From an uncultured Bacilli bacterium (lineage in GTDB: Bacteria > Bacillota_I > Bacilli_A > RF39 > UBA660), in NCBI GenBank assembly GCA_947626655.1, contig CANQTA010000002.1:1-62309 (forward strand): DNA of 62,309 bases, written 5' to 3'. Numbering within the stretch: the stretch's first letter is position 1; each line of letters begins with the position of its first letter. A program made the translations under genes and the position numbers. Shown here piece after piece: positions 1-7,642 of the stretch. Under the pieces are notes generated by a model, which ran no database searches, was not told where the DNA came from, and worked only from the letters and a program-made list of their open reading frames with translations.

Positions 1-12
1 TTTCTTTGGGGT

Positions 13-34
13 AAGGGGAAGTCTGCCCTTTTTT
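13..34 (+). terminator. possible intrinsic terminator of an off-window upstream + strand gene
   Basis: AAGGG (13-17) pairs with CCCTT (26-30) around an 8-nt loop, then a T-run to 34. Confidence 0.3.
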
Positions 35-181
35 AACTATTTTTAAAATAAATTTTGTTTTTTTCTTTTCAGACTAACATTTCGAAAAATAAATTTAATG
101 TATATTTTAAACCAAAAGTATGAATAAGCAGAGTAGATAATACAATTAAATCAAATAAAAATTTTGTTCTTTTTTTTATCA

Positions 182-307
182 TTATTTACTCCTATTTCTC
201 AGAGCACTGCCAGCAACACTTTTTTCTGCTTTAGTTGTTCTTTTACTTCTTAATTGTTTACTAGCATTTTTTGCAACTTTTTTAGAAGTTCTAATATAGT
301 TTGCCAT
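182..307 (-). CDS. small very basic protein, 41 aa (MANYIRTSKKVAKNASKQLRSKRTTKAEKSVAGSALRNRSK), absent from the ORF track
   Basis: ATG at 307 lies 7 nt after a consensus SD AAGGAGGA. TAA stop at 182-184. Divergent from the XRE gene. Confidence 0.45.
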   Translation of the reverse strand: MANYIRTSKKVAKNASKQLRSKRTTKAEKSVAGSALRNRSK

Positions 308-447
308 CAAAATATCCTCCTTTCTAATTTGAGAATATTGCTAACTAATGTAAACTTCTAAATTATCGTTGTATTTGTTTTAAATTAATGATAAGATATT
401 TATAGAAGTTATTTATAGCTTCAACATTCTCATTTGCTTTATGGGAA

Positions 448-479
448 GGTACAGTTTGCTGCAACAAACTGTTTTTTTG
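448..479 (+). terminator. intrinsic terminator with no obvious + strand CDS upstream (possible small RNA end)
   Basis: ACAGTTTG / CAAACTGT stem (451-472) followed by TTTTTTT. The T-run is present on the + strand only. Confidence 0.55.
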
Positions 480-586
480 TACCTTCACATTCAAATAATA
501 CCATATAATTTAATAGAAATCAATATATTTAGTTTACATTTCTGCTTTTTAGTGATAAAATATTAACTAGAAAAGAGATGGAATAA

Positions 587-1636
587 ATGGAAGAAGTTGG
601 AAAAAATTTAAAAAGAATTAGACTATTAAAAAACTTATCATTAAAAGAAGCAGGTTTAATGTTAAATATGTCCGCTCCTGCTGTTTTAAAATACGAAAAA
701 GGTGAAATACATCCTGATTCACAAAAACTTATTGAATTTGCCAATGCCTATAATGTTAAAGTACTAGATTTATTAAAAACCTATAATGCACCAGAGATGA
801 AATTTAGTACATTTAGAAAAAGGCAACGACTTCAAGGTGAAAATCTTGAGTTATTAAAAGAAATTATCCAAAATAAAGTTGCTGATTATCTTGAAGTAAT
901 AGAATTAAATGAAATAAAAACTTGTAACAACAAAATTAAAAAATATTCATGTAATAACGAAGTTGATGCTGAATTTGCTGCTGAAGAATTTAGAAAAAAT
1001 TACAAATTATCAATAAATCAACCTATTTCAGATTTAATAAATATATTAGAAAATATAGGAATATTAATTATTGAAATAGATAATTCAAATGACAAATTTT
1101 CTGACTTTGATGGACTTAGCGAAGTTGTTAATGATATACCATTAATAGTTTTACTAAATAATAGTGATGGTGAAAGACAAAGATTTACTATTGCTCATGA
1201 ATTAGGACATTTAGTTTTAAATATAAAAGATCAAAACTTAAACGAAGAAAAAATGTGTAATAAGTTTGCAAGCAATCTATTAATGCCAAAAGATGCAGTA
1301 ATTAAAGAATTTGGTATATCTAGAAATAATATAAGCTTCTATGAGTTAAGGGCTTTTAAAAAAGAATATAAAGTTAGTATGGCCGCTACTATCTACAGAT
1401 TAAAAGAGTTAAATATTATATCAGAATATCTATATAAAAAAATTAACATTTCATTTAGTTCGAAAGGGTACAAAAAACATGAGCCAGATCCTATTGAACC
1501 AGAAAAATCATATCAATTTAAACGACTTGTTCATAAATTAGAAGTGGATAATATCATATCTTTAAATAAAGCATGTGAATTACTAGGAATAACAATAAAT
1601 GAATATAACGAAGAAGATAATAATTACAGATACTAA
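587..1636 (+). CDS. XRE-family HTH fused to an ImmA/IrrE (COG2856) zinc metallopeptidase domain
   Basis: N-terminal LKRIRLLKNLSLKEAGLMLNMSAPAVLKYEKGE is a typical HTH_XRE. HELGH zincin motif in FTIAHELGHLVL. Confidence 0.85.
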   Translation: MEEVGKNLKRIRLLKNLSLKEAGLMLNMSAPAVLKYEKGEIHPDSQKLIEFANAYNVKVLDLLKTYNAPEMKFSTFRKRQRLQGENLELLKEIIQNKVADYLEVIELNEIKTCNNKIKKYSCNNEVDAEFAAEEFRKNYKLSINQPISDLINILENIGILIIEIDNSNDKFSDFDGLSEVVNDIPLIVLLNNSDGERQRFTIAHELGHLVLNIKDQNLNEEKMCNKFASNLLMPKDAVIKEFGISRNNISFYELRAFKKEYKVSMAATIYRLKELNIISEYLYKKINISFSSKGYKKHEPDPIEPEKSYQFKRLVHKLEVDNIISLNKACELLGITINEYNEEDNNYRY

Positions 1637-2114
1637 TATAATAACAGACCTAAATAATGCAAATGTTTTAGATAAATTTATTGAACTGGATAATGTTTAT
1701 ATAAGTGATATGGTTAAACGAGATGAAATAAATTCTAATACTGGAAATGTTAATATAATTAGAAAATTTAAAACTATTAATGCTACTTCAGAGGAAATCG
1801 CTGAAATTATTAAAATAGCAAAAGAAACTCATGGATTATCACCATACGATATTATTAACTTTATAATTGCGAGAAATAATAATGCCATTTTAGCTACTGG
1901 TGATAAAAAACTTAAAGATTATTGCGAAACAAATGGCATAGAAGTAATTAGAACTTTAAAAATAATAATGTTAATGAAAAATAAAGATATAATCACTAAT
2001 AAAGAAGCGATCAATGCTTGTAAAGCCCTAAAAGAAAATCCCAATACCCGAATTCCTATATCTGACATTAATAATATTATTCAAGAATTTGAAAAGAACT
2101 CAGTAACTTGCTAA
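1599..2114 (+). CDS. PIN-like nuclease domain protein (putative toxin partner)
   Basis: Overlaps the XRE-ImmA stop by 38 nt. N-terminal IIITDTNIITDL and LATGDKKL acidic motifs resemble PIN/DUF4411. Confidence 0.6.
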   Translation: MNITKKIIITDTNIITDLNNANVLDKFIELDNVYISDMVKRDEINSNTGNVNIIRKFKTINATSEEIAEIIKIAKETHGLSPYDIINFIIARNNNAILATGDKKLKDYCETNGIEVIRTLKIIMLMKNKDIITNKEAINACKALKENPNTRIPISDINNIIQEFEKNSVTC

Positions 2115-2380
2115 GTTCTTTTTTTAAATATCTTTAGTAAAGTTTAAAAATCATTTAAGTAATTTCATTATAGCTTATGAATGATTATACATAATCAAAA
2201 AATCTGCTTGCGCATCTCCAACATTAATGTGATTAGCCACTAAAATAACTTAACTACCATTACAACTAGTCCCAAGCTTATTTTTTTAATATTCAGCATC
2301 AATTACTACCTTATTAATCACTCTTTCCCCCATTATAAATCATCAATTACAAGTTATAAATTTAAATATTTCTACACCCA

Positions 2381-2410
2381 TTTTAAAACCCTTAACAACA
2401 TCGCTAAGGG
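2381..2410 (-). terminator. intrinsic terminator after the sortase-substrate gene
   Basis: Minus strand reads CCCTTAGCGATGTTGTTAAGGG followed by TTTTAAAA, 30 nt after the stop. Confidence 0.55.
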
Positions 2411-2439
2411 CACTAACTATAAACCATAAAAGTTATAAA

Positions 2440-3201
2440 TTAAAAAATATATTTCTTTACATAAACAAATCCTAACCCACTTACGGCTGCTAATCCTAAA
2501 TATAAACCAACATTTATATCTGCCGTTTTCGGATTTTCAGTTTCTTTAGGTGGTAAAGTAGTATATATATCTACACCATAATTAGCTTTTATATTACAAG
2601 CCCATAAATATCTAAAACTAGTAGCTTTAGAGGCATCAATACTAAGTTCCACAAAATCAGTTGTTCCTAATACTTTTCCATAATCTAATACTGTAAATTT
2701 TACTTTAATTTTATTATTTTCTTTTTTTAATTCCCACTTATAAGTATAAACTCCATCAGCATCTATTGTAGCAATTGGTGCTCCATTTTTATACCAACCC
2801 GCTGTCAAAACAAATTTATCACCTGACTTTTGGGTCATAACAACTGCTTCAGTTAAATATTCTTCTTCCTCTTTATTATCTTCTTTTTTATTAACTGCCA
2901 CCGACATTTCAAATAATTCATCATTACCATAATCAGCTAAATTAAGTCCTATATAAACTTCTTCATTAATTCCATCACTTAATTTTGCTTTACTAGCTTT
3001 ATTAAATGGCCCTCTTTTCATTCCATCTTGTTCAACTTCTTCACCTTTAAGATTAGTTACATTAGATGATTTTTGAACTTTAGAACCATAATTTTCACCA
3101 GCTTGCCAATCTTCATATTTCCATGTAGTTAATGCATTAACAGACATATTAAACATAAACATTAAAGATACTAACAAGATCCCCCAACAAAAATTTTTCA
3201 T
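2440..3201 (-). CDS. secreted surface protein with a sortase B-type sorting signal (NPKTA + hydrophobic stretch + KKYIF)
   Basis: Signal peptide MKNFCWGILLVSLMFMFNMSVNA from the internal Met. NPKTA is encoded at 2521-2535, then INVGLYLGLAAVSGLGFVYV and a basic tail. Lies directly downstream of srtB. Confidence 0.6.
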   Translation of the reverse strand: MKNFCWGILLVSLMFMFNMSVNALTTWKYEDWQAGENYGSKVQKSSNVTNLKGEEVEQDGMKRGPFNKASKAKLSDGINEEVYIGLNLADYGNDELFEMSVAVNKKEDNKEEEEYLTEAVVMTQKSGDKFVLTAGWYKNGAPIATIDADGVYTYKWELKKENNKIKVKFTVLDYGKVLGTTDFVELSIDASKATSFRYLWACNIKANYGVDIYTTLPPKETENPKTADINVGLYLGLAAVSGLGFVYVKKYIF

Positions 3202-3285
3202 AACTCTACAACACCACATCATTTAAAATAATTTTTACTCCTTTCCTCTTAATAAATTTATATGTTTACATCCCCAAAAATATTA

Positions 3286-4155
3286 TTATATATTTTGCTG
3301 TTTCTTAATTAATTTAGCATGCACAACTAATCTTTTACCAGAATTATCATAACAAGTTGATAACGTAAGCACTTTATCCTTAACATCTACTTCTGTATTA
3401 ACTGCAACTGTATTCCTTTGTTTCAAGGTATCAAGCCATTTCTGCTTTTCACTATTATCATTAAAATCTGTTACAATATAATAATCTTCAACATCAACAG
3501 TATAAATAGAAAAAATTTGAAAAAGATAATTTTCTTTTAAAGTCGAAAGAAAAATAACATAATTATCTTTATCACTTTGCCAATCTGGTAATAAAATATT
3601 TTTAAGTGTTCCAAACATTGTGCCATCTAATCTACTATGTCCATATACAATTGTATTATCACTTAAATCAGCAATACTATTACGGTAATCCATAAAAACC
3701 CATCCAGCTTTATTCTTTTTCTTATCAAAGGAATGATTTAAATAATAATCGTTATCATTTGTTTTTACAATAGGATAGTTTATAAGAGTATTGTTTATAT
3801 GAATAAACGCAACAGTATCACTATTTTTATCTATTAAATTAGCAAAATCAATTTGTAAAAAAGGCATCTGAACGTAATAGTAATAGTTACTATTATGATT
3901 TTTAGGAGGACTAACAAGTTCTCCTGGATCATTATTACTAATTAAAATAGTTTTTTCTTTAATATCTTTATTTATTCGACTAATTTTAAAATTATCAACA
4001 CCCCAATTAAATAATGTATATATTGAAATAAAAAATATACTTGAAAATATTAATATTATTATATTTATTATTATTGATTTATTTTTACTATTTTTACTAT
4101 TTTTAACATTCAATTCTTTTTGGCAGTATTCCTCTATCGAAATATACTTTTTCAA
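3286..4155 (-). CDS. srtB: class B sortase
   Basis: N-terminal TM. Motifs NDNDYYLNHSFD, VYGHSRLDGTMFG, LTLSTC catalytic Cys and a late Arg (RLVVHAKL). TTG start after GGAGTGA. Confidence 0.85.
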   Translation of the reverse strand: MKKYISIEEYCQKELNVKNSKNSKNKSIIINIIILIFSSIFFISIYTLFNWGVDNFKISRINKDIKEKTILISNNDPGELVSPPKNHNSNYYYYVQMPFLQIDFANLIDKNSDTVAFIHINNTLINYPIVKTNDNDYYLNHSFDKKKNKAGWVFMDYRNSIADLSDNTIVYGHSRLDGTMFGTLKNILLPDWQSDKDNYVIFLSTLKENYLFQIFSIYTVDVEDYYIVTDFNDNSEKQKWLDTLKQRNTVAVNTEVDVKDKVLTLSTCYDNSGKRLVVHAKLIKKQQNI

Positions 4156-4225
4156 ATAATCACTCCATATTACTAAAATATTCTTATGAAAAAGATGATT
4201 ATTTATTACTTTTTATACTAATTAT

Positions 4226-4525
4226 TTAATATCTATAATCTTTTTTACAAACAAAACCCTTAATAATTGCTAAAAGTTTTTCGTAAAAACAAGATTTCCA
4301 TAATTCTGATCCTTTTTCTTTTAACATAAACAATTCCTCTTTATTATTAAAAGCATCAGAACCTTTACAATTTATTTCAAGTTTTGCTCTAATTGATGCA
4401 CCATTATTAATATTCTTTTTATTTGTAATAATTTTCATTTCTTCATATATATCTGATAAATGAATATATTCTGGATAATTATTACGATACAATGTTGCAA
4501 ATATTCTTAATAAATTTTCTTTCAT
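4226..4525 (-). CDS. small hypothetical protein, possibly winged-helix-like
   Basis: ATG at 4525 lies 5 nt after GGAGTGG. The pattern IRAKLE...FMLKEKGSELWK resembles HARE-HTH/Mrr_N-type wHTH. Similarity is weak. Confidence 0.45.
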   Translation of the reverse strand: MKENLLRIFATLYRNNYPEYIHLSDIYEEMKIITNKKNINNGASIRAKLEINCKGSDAFNNKEELFMLKEKGSELWKSCFYEKLLAIIKGFVCKKDYRY

Positions 4526-4558
4526 AACCACTCCATTAAAAATCTAATTTACTAATTA

Positions 4559-5842
4559 TTACGGCTTTAAAGCAGTTATAGGAATTACATATACTCCATC
4601 GTTTCGTTGATATGCATAATCAATCATTCCACTTACTACACATAAAAAATTAGGCTGTATCTCACAGCTTTTTGAAAACTTTAACAAATTATTTGAAGCT
4701 TCATCAATTTTGCCAACTCCTAATTTTACTTCTATAGCACCATAACTACCATCTCTTAATTCAACAATAGCATCCACTTCTTCTTTTGTATTATTATCAT
4801 GAAAATGATAAATACGACCACCTAAATATTCAATATATATTCTTAAATCTCTTATAACTAACGATTCAAACATAAAACCAAATAATTCTAAATCATTTAT
4901 TAATTGTTCTTGTTTTAATCCTAAAACAGCACATGCAAGAGAAGGATCAACAAAATGTCTTTTAACAGCTTTTCCTACTCTAACACTAGAACGAATCTTT
5001 TCAGAATATGGTAATTGATCTTGAAGTAAATGAATATTTTTTAATACATTTAAGTAATCTAATACTGTATTTCTACTTACTTTATAATCTTCCTCAGTTG
5101 TATAATAATCTATATCATTTATTAGTTTTTTATTAGTTACTATTGTCGATTCATTTCTTGCTAGTGATCTTAATAACATTCTCATTTTTTCTTTATCTCT
5201 TATTACCCCATCATAATTAATATCATGATCAAGAACATCATTTATATAACTTTCTGGTAATCTATAATAATTTTTTTTATCATATTTTAAACTAGCTGGC
5301 CATCCACCTCTTATAATTAAATCAGCAAGCATTTCAATAGTTGGTTTATTTTTTAAATTAACAGCAATTTTTTTATTATTAAATAAATCTAAAAGAGAAA
5401 CCAATCCTTCTGAATCATTTGATTCAAACAAAGACATAGTATACATATTTAATTTATAAATTCTTCCTGCCCCAGAATGAAAGATATTTTCAGGTTTAGC
5501 TGGCACTAAAGAACCAGTTAATATAAATTTACCACTTTTTCCATCTTCATCACACTTAGTTCTTACATCATCCCATATTTGTTCAATAGATTGCCATTCA
5601 TCTATTAATTCAGGATAATGACTTGTATAAATTAGTTCCCTATTTATTAAGGCTTTTTGATAATCAGAATTAGGATTATCCGATTTAGTTAATAAAACAT
5701 ATGAATTAGCATGATTTAAAGCTGTCCATGTTTTACCACAATATTTAGGACCTTCAATACTTATTGCTCCAAATAAATTTAATAATTCATCTATTTCGTC
5801 ATCAACTAATCTTTTTGTATAATTTTCTTTCGTTAAAGACAT
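4559..5842 (-). CDS. AAA-type ATPase, COG1373-like (AAA_14 + DUF4143 architecture)
   Basis: Walker A GPKYCGKTW, Walker B-like KFILTGS. The C-terminal half resembles DUF4143. Start moved to the internal MSLTKENY after AAAGGCGGAA. Confidence 0.75.
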   Translation of the reverse strand: MSLTKENYTKRLVDDEIDELLNLFGAISIEGPKYCGKTWTALNHANSYVLLTKSDNPNSDYQKALINRELIYTSHYPELIDEWQSIEQIWDDVRTKCDEDGKSGKFILTGSLVPAKPENIFHSGAGRIYKLNMYTMSLFESNDSEGLVSLLDLFNNKKIAVNLKNKPTIEMLADLIIRGGWPASLKYDKKNYYRLPESYINDVLDHDINYDGVIRDKEKMRMLLRSLARNESTIVTNKKLINDIDYYTTEEDYKVSRNTVLDYLNVLKNIHLLQDQLPYSEKIRSSVRVGKAVKRHFVDPSLACAVLGLKQEQLINDLELFGFMFESLVIRDLRIYIEYLGGRIYHFHDNNTKEEVDAIVELRDGSYGAIEVKLGVGKIDEASNNLLKFSKSCEIQPNFLCVVSGMIDYAYQRNDGVYVIPITALKP

Positions 5843-5900
5843 TTCTATTCCGCCTTTCCAAAAATAATATATCATAAAACTATTATTTTTTCAACATTCA

Positions 5901-5960
5901 TTGTGCAAACAGCATATTTTTTGTTGTGCAAATCGCACGGTTTTCATTGTGCAAACAGCA
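5901..5960. repeat. three direct 14-bp repeats TTGTGCAAA(C/T)(A/C)GCA with 23-bp period, upstream of the ATPase gene
   Basis: Copies at 5901-5914, 5924-5937 and 5947-5960. Copies 1 and 3 are identical. Each contains a TGC...GCA dyad. Confidence 0.7.
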
Positions 5961-5974
5961 TTAAATTTATAATA

Positions 5975-6169
5975 CAAAAAATTCAATTTAATTCAGAAGA
6001 AACCAACGAAATTTTCAAAATCTCAAGAAAAACTCACAAACTATCTTCAATACAATATTATTAATTTTATACTTACTAGAGAATATAATGCCATTTTGGC
6101 TACAGGCGATATATATCTGATATTGAAAATACTATTAAAGAATTTGCAAAAGACTCAGTTATATGCTGA
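5975..6169 (+). pseudogene. decayed paralog of the PIN gene at 1599-2114 (5' truncated, internal deletion, frameshift)
   Basis: 6026-6110 aligns with 1830-1910 (...IINFI..R..NAILATGD). 6112-6169 aligns with 2058-2114 (ISDI.N.I.EF.K.SV.C stop) but in a shifted frame. Similarity continues past the stop to about 6235. Confidence 0.65.
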
Positions 6170-6394
6170 ATCTTTTTATTTTTCAAATATCATTTAATAA
6201 GTTTAAATTTTTTAAACAATTTCAAAAGCTTATCTTGCCACCCTCCTACATTTATACAAATAAATTTTAATTTTATTTCATCAATTATAGGTATTTGTTG
6301 GTAATCTTCAATAACAAAATCATTTATTAATAAATTTTAATTAGATTATCAACTTATGTTAATAGTATTCTTTTAAAAATTTTCCTAAATCCAA

Positions 6395-7642
6395 TTAATT
6401 ATCTAATTTTTTTCGAATACTAGCGATAATTCTTTCTTTATTATTTTCTTGATAACCAGCTAATTTTCTAGTAAATAACAATTCTTTAACTACTTGAAGT
6501 TCCTTATCATTTACATTTTTTAACTTATTTAACCTTTTACTACTTATTTCTGAATTAGATAAACAATTAAAATAATCATCCATTGAATAATTAATAAAGT
6601 CTATCTTATCAGCAAATTTTTCTTTTAAATTACTAGCAATGATTAATCCTTCGGGATCAAAATCACCATTATAAAATAACTTATTACCACTTTCTATTAA
6701 TTTTTCTAAAATCAAATATACGCCATAATTAATAAAGCCATTTGTAACTATAACACAAACATTTAATTCATTAACCATTATTTCATTTAAAATTGAAGGA
6801 TTTTCAAAAACAAATACCATTTTATCTCTACTATCAAACTTACCAACATTTAAAATATTTTGCATGTTTAAAATCAAAGATTCTCTATTTTTGGCGAATG
6901 CATTTAAATATTCTTTATCAGTAATTAAATTATATGTTATAACAAAATTTGATAAATTATCTATTTCAATATTATATTCACTCAATAAATCTATTTTATC
7001 CTTCCTTGACTTTGGATAATCACATTTTCTTAAATAAGCCAGTGCATAAAGGAACAAAAGGCAATGCGAAGAATCCAAATCCAAATAATGGGGATCTCCT
7101 GTATACTTCGCTGCATAAACTGATAATAATTCTTTTTTCTTAGGTAAATTACTAATCAAATTAATTATATTTTCTAATTCATTATGCAACTTTAATTTAT
7201 TTTGTAAATATCTTTTATGAATTAAATTATAAAGATTATTTTTAGTTTCAATTGCCTCTTTTAACCATTTATTACCAAAAGTACTTTTTTCAATAAATTC
7301 ATTATAAAAATTTTCTTCTTCCATTTTTTTATTTATTTTATTTTCTTTATTACTAACTAATTTAATTTCTAAAAATTCTTCTACTAAAGTATTAATATCA
7401 AAATCGCTAAACCTTGAATTATTCATAATTTTTAAAAAATTTTTAATTGAAATATTAACATCATCATGAACATTTAATGAATAACCCAAAAATTTTGACA
7501 AACTCTTAGCTTCAATATCATTTATATCTTTTAATTTTATTATACCACCAAAAGAACCTAAAGACTGATATTTTTTATTTAATTCTTTAACAACTCTTTC
7601 AAATCCACCTTGATTTTTAAAAAAAATTGTATAATCATGCAT
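6395..7642 (-). CDS. jetD: Wadjet JetD-like protein (Toprim / DUF2220-DUF2399-type nuclease subunit)
   Basis: C-terminal FENPSILNE (Glu) and YNGDFDPEGLIIA (DxD) Toprim-like motifs. 8-nt overlap with the jetC stop. Confidence 0.78.
   Translation of the reverse strand: MHDYTIFFKNQGGFERVVKELNKKYQSLGSFGGIIKLKDINDIEAKSLSKFLGYSLNVHDDVNISIKNFLKIMNNSRFSDFDINTLVEEFLEIKLVSNKENKINKKMEEENFYNEFIEKSTFGNKWLKEAIETKNNLYNLIHKRYLQNKLKLHNELENIINLISNLPKKKELLSVYAAKYTGDPHYLDLDSSHCLLFLYALAYLRKCDYPKSRKDKIDLLSEYNIEIDNLSNFVITYNLITDKEYLNAFAKNRESLILNMQNILNVGKFDSRDKMVFVFENPSILNEIMVNELNVCVIVTNGFINYGVYLILEKLIESGNKLFYNGDFDPEGLIIASNLKEKFADKIDFINYSMDDYFNCLSNSEISSKRLNKLKNVNDKELQVVKELLFTRKLAGYQENNKERIIASIRKKLDN

Noticed and set aside
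529-744. 71-aa minus-strand ORF overlapping the XRE gene start
   Set aside because: It is antisense to a well-supported HTH-coding region, has no SD and has low-complexity hydrophobic composition typical of AT-rich antisense frames.
2440-3201. NEAT haem-binding domain or LPXTG signal (LPPKE) in the sortase substrate
   Set aside because: I could identify no YxxxY NEAT signature. LPPKE lacks the T-G and is too far from the hydrophobic anchor. NPKTA next to the anchor fits class B sortases better.
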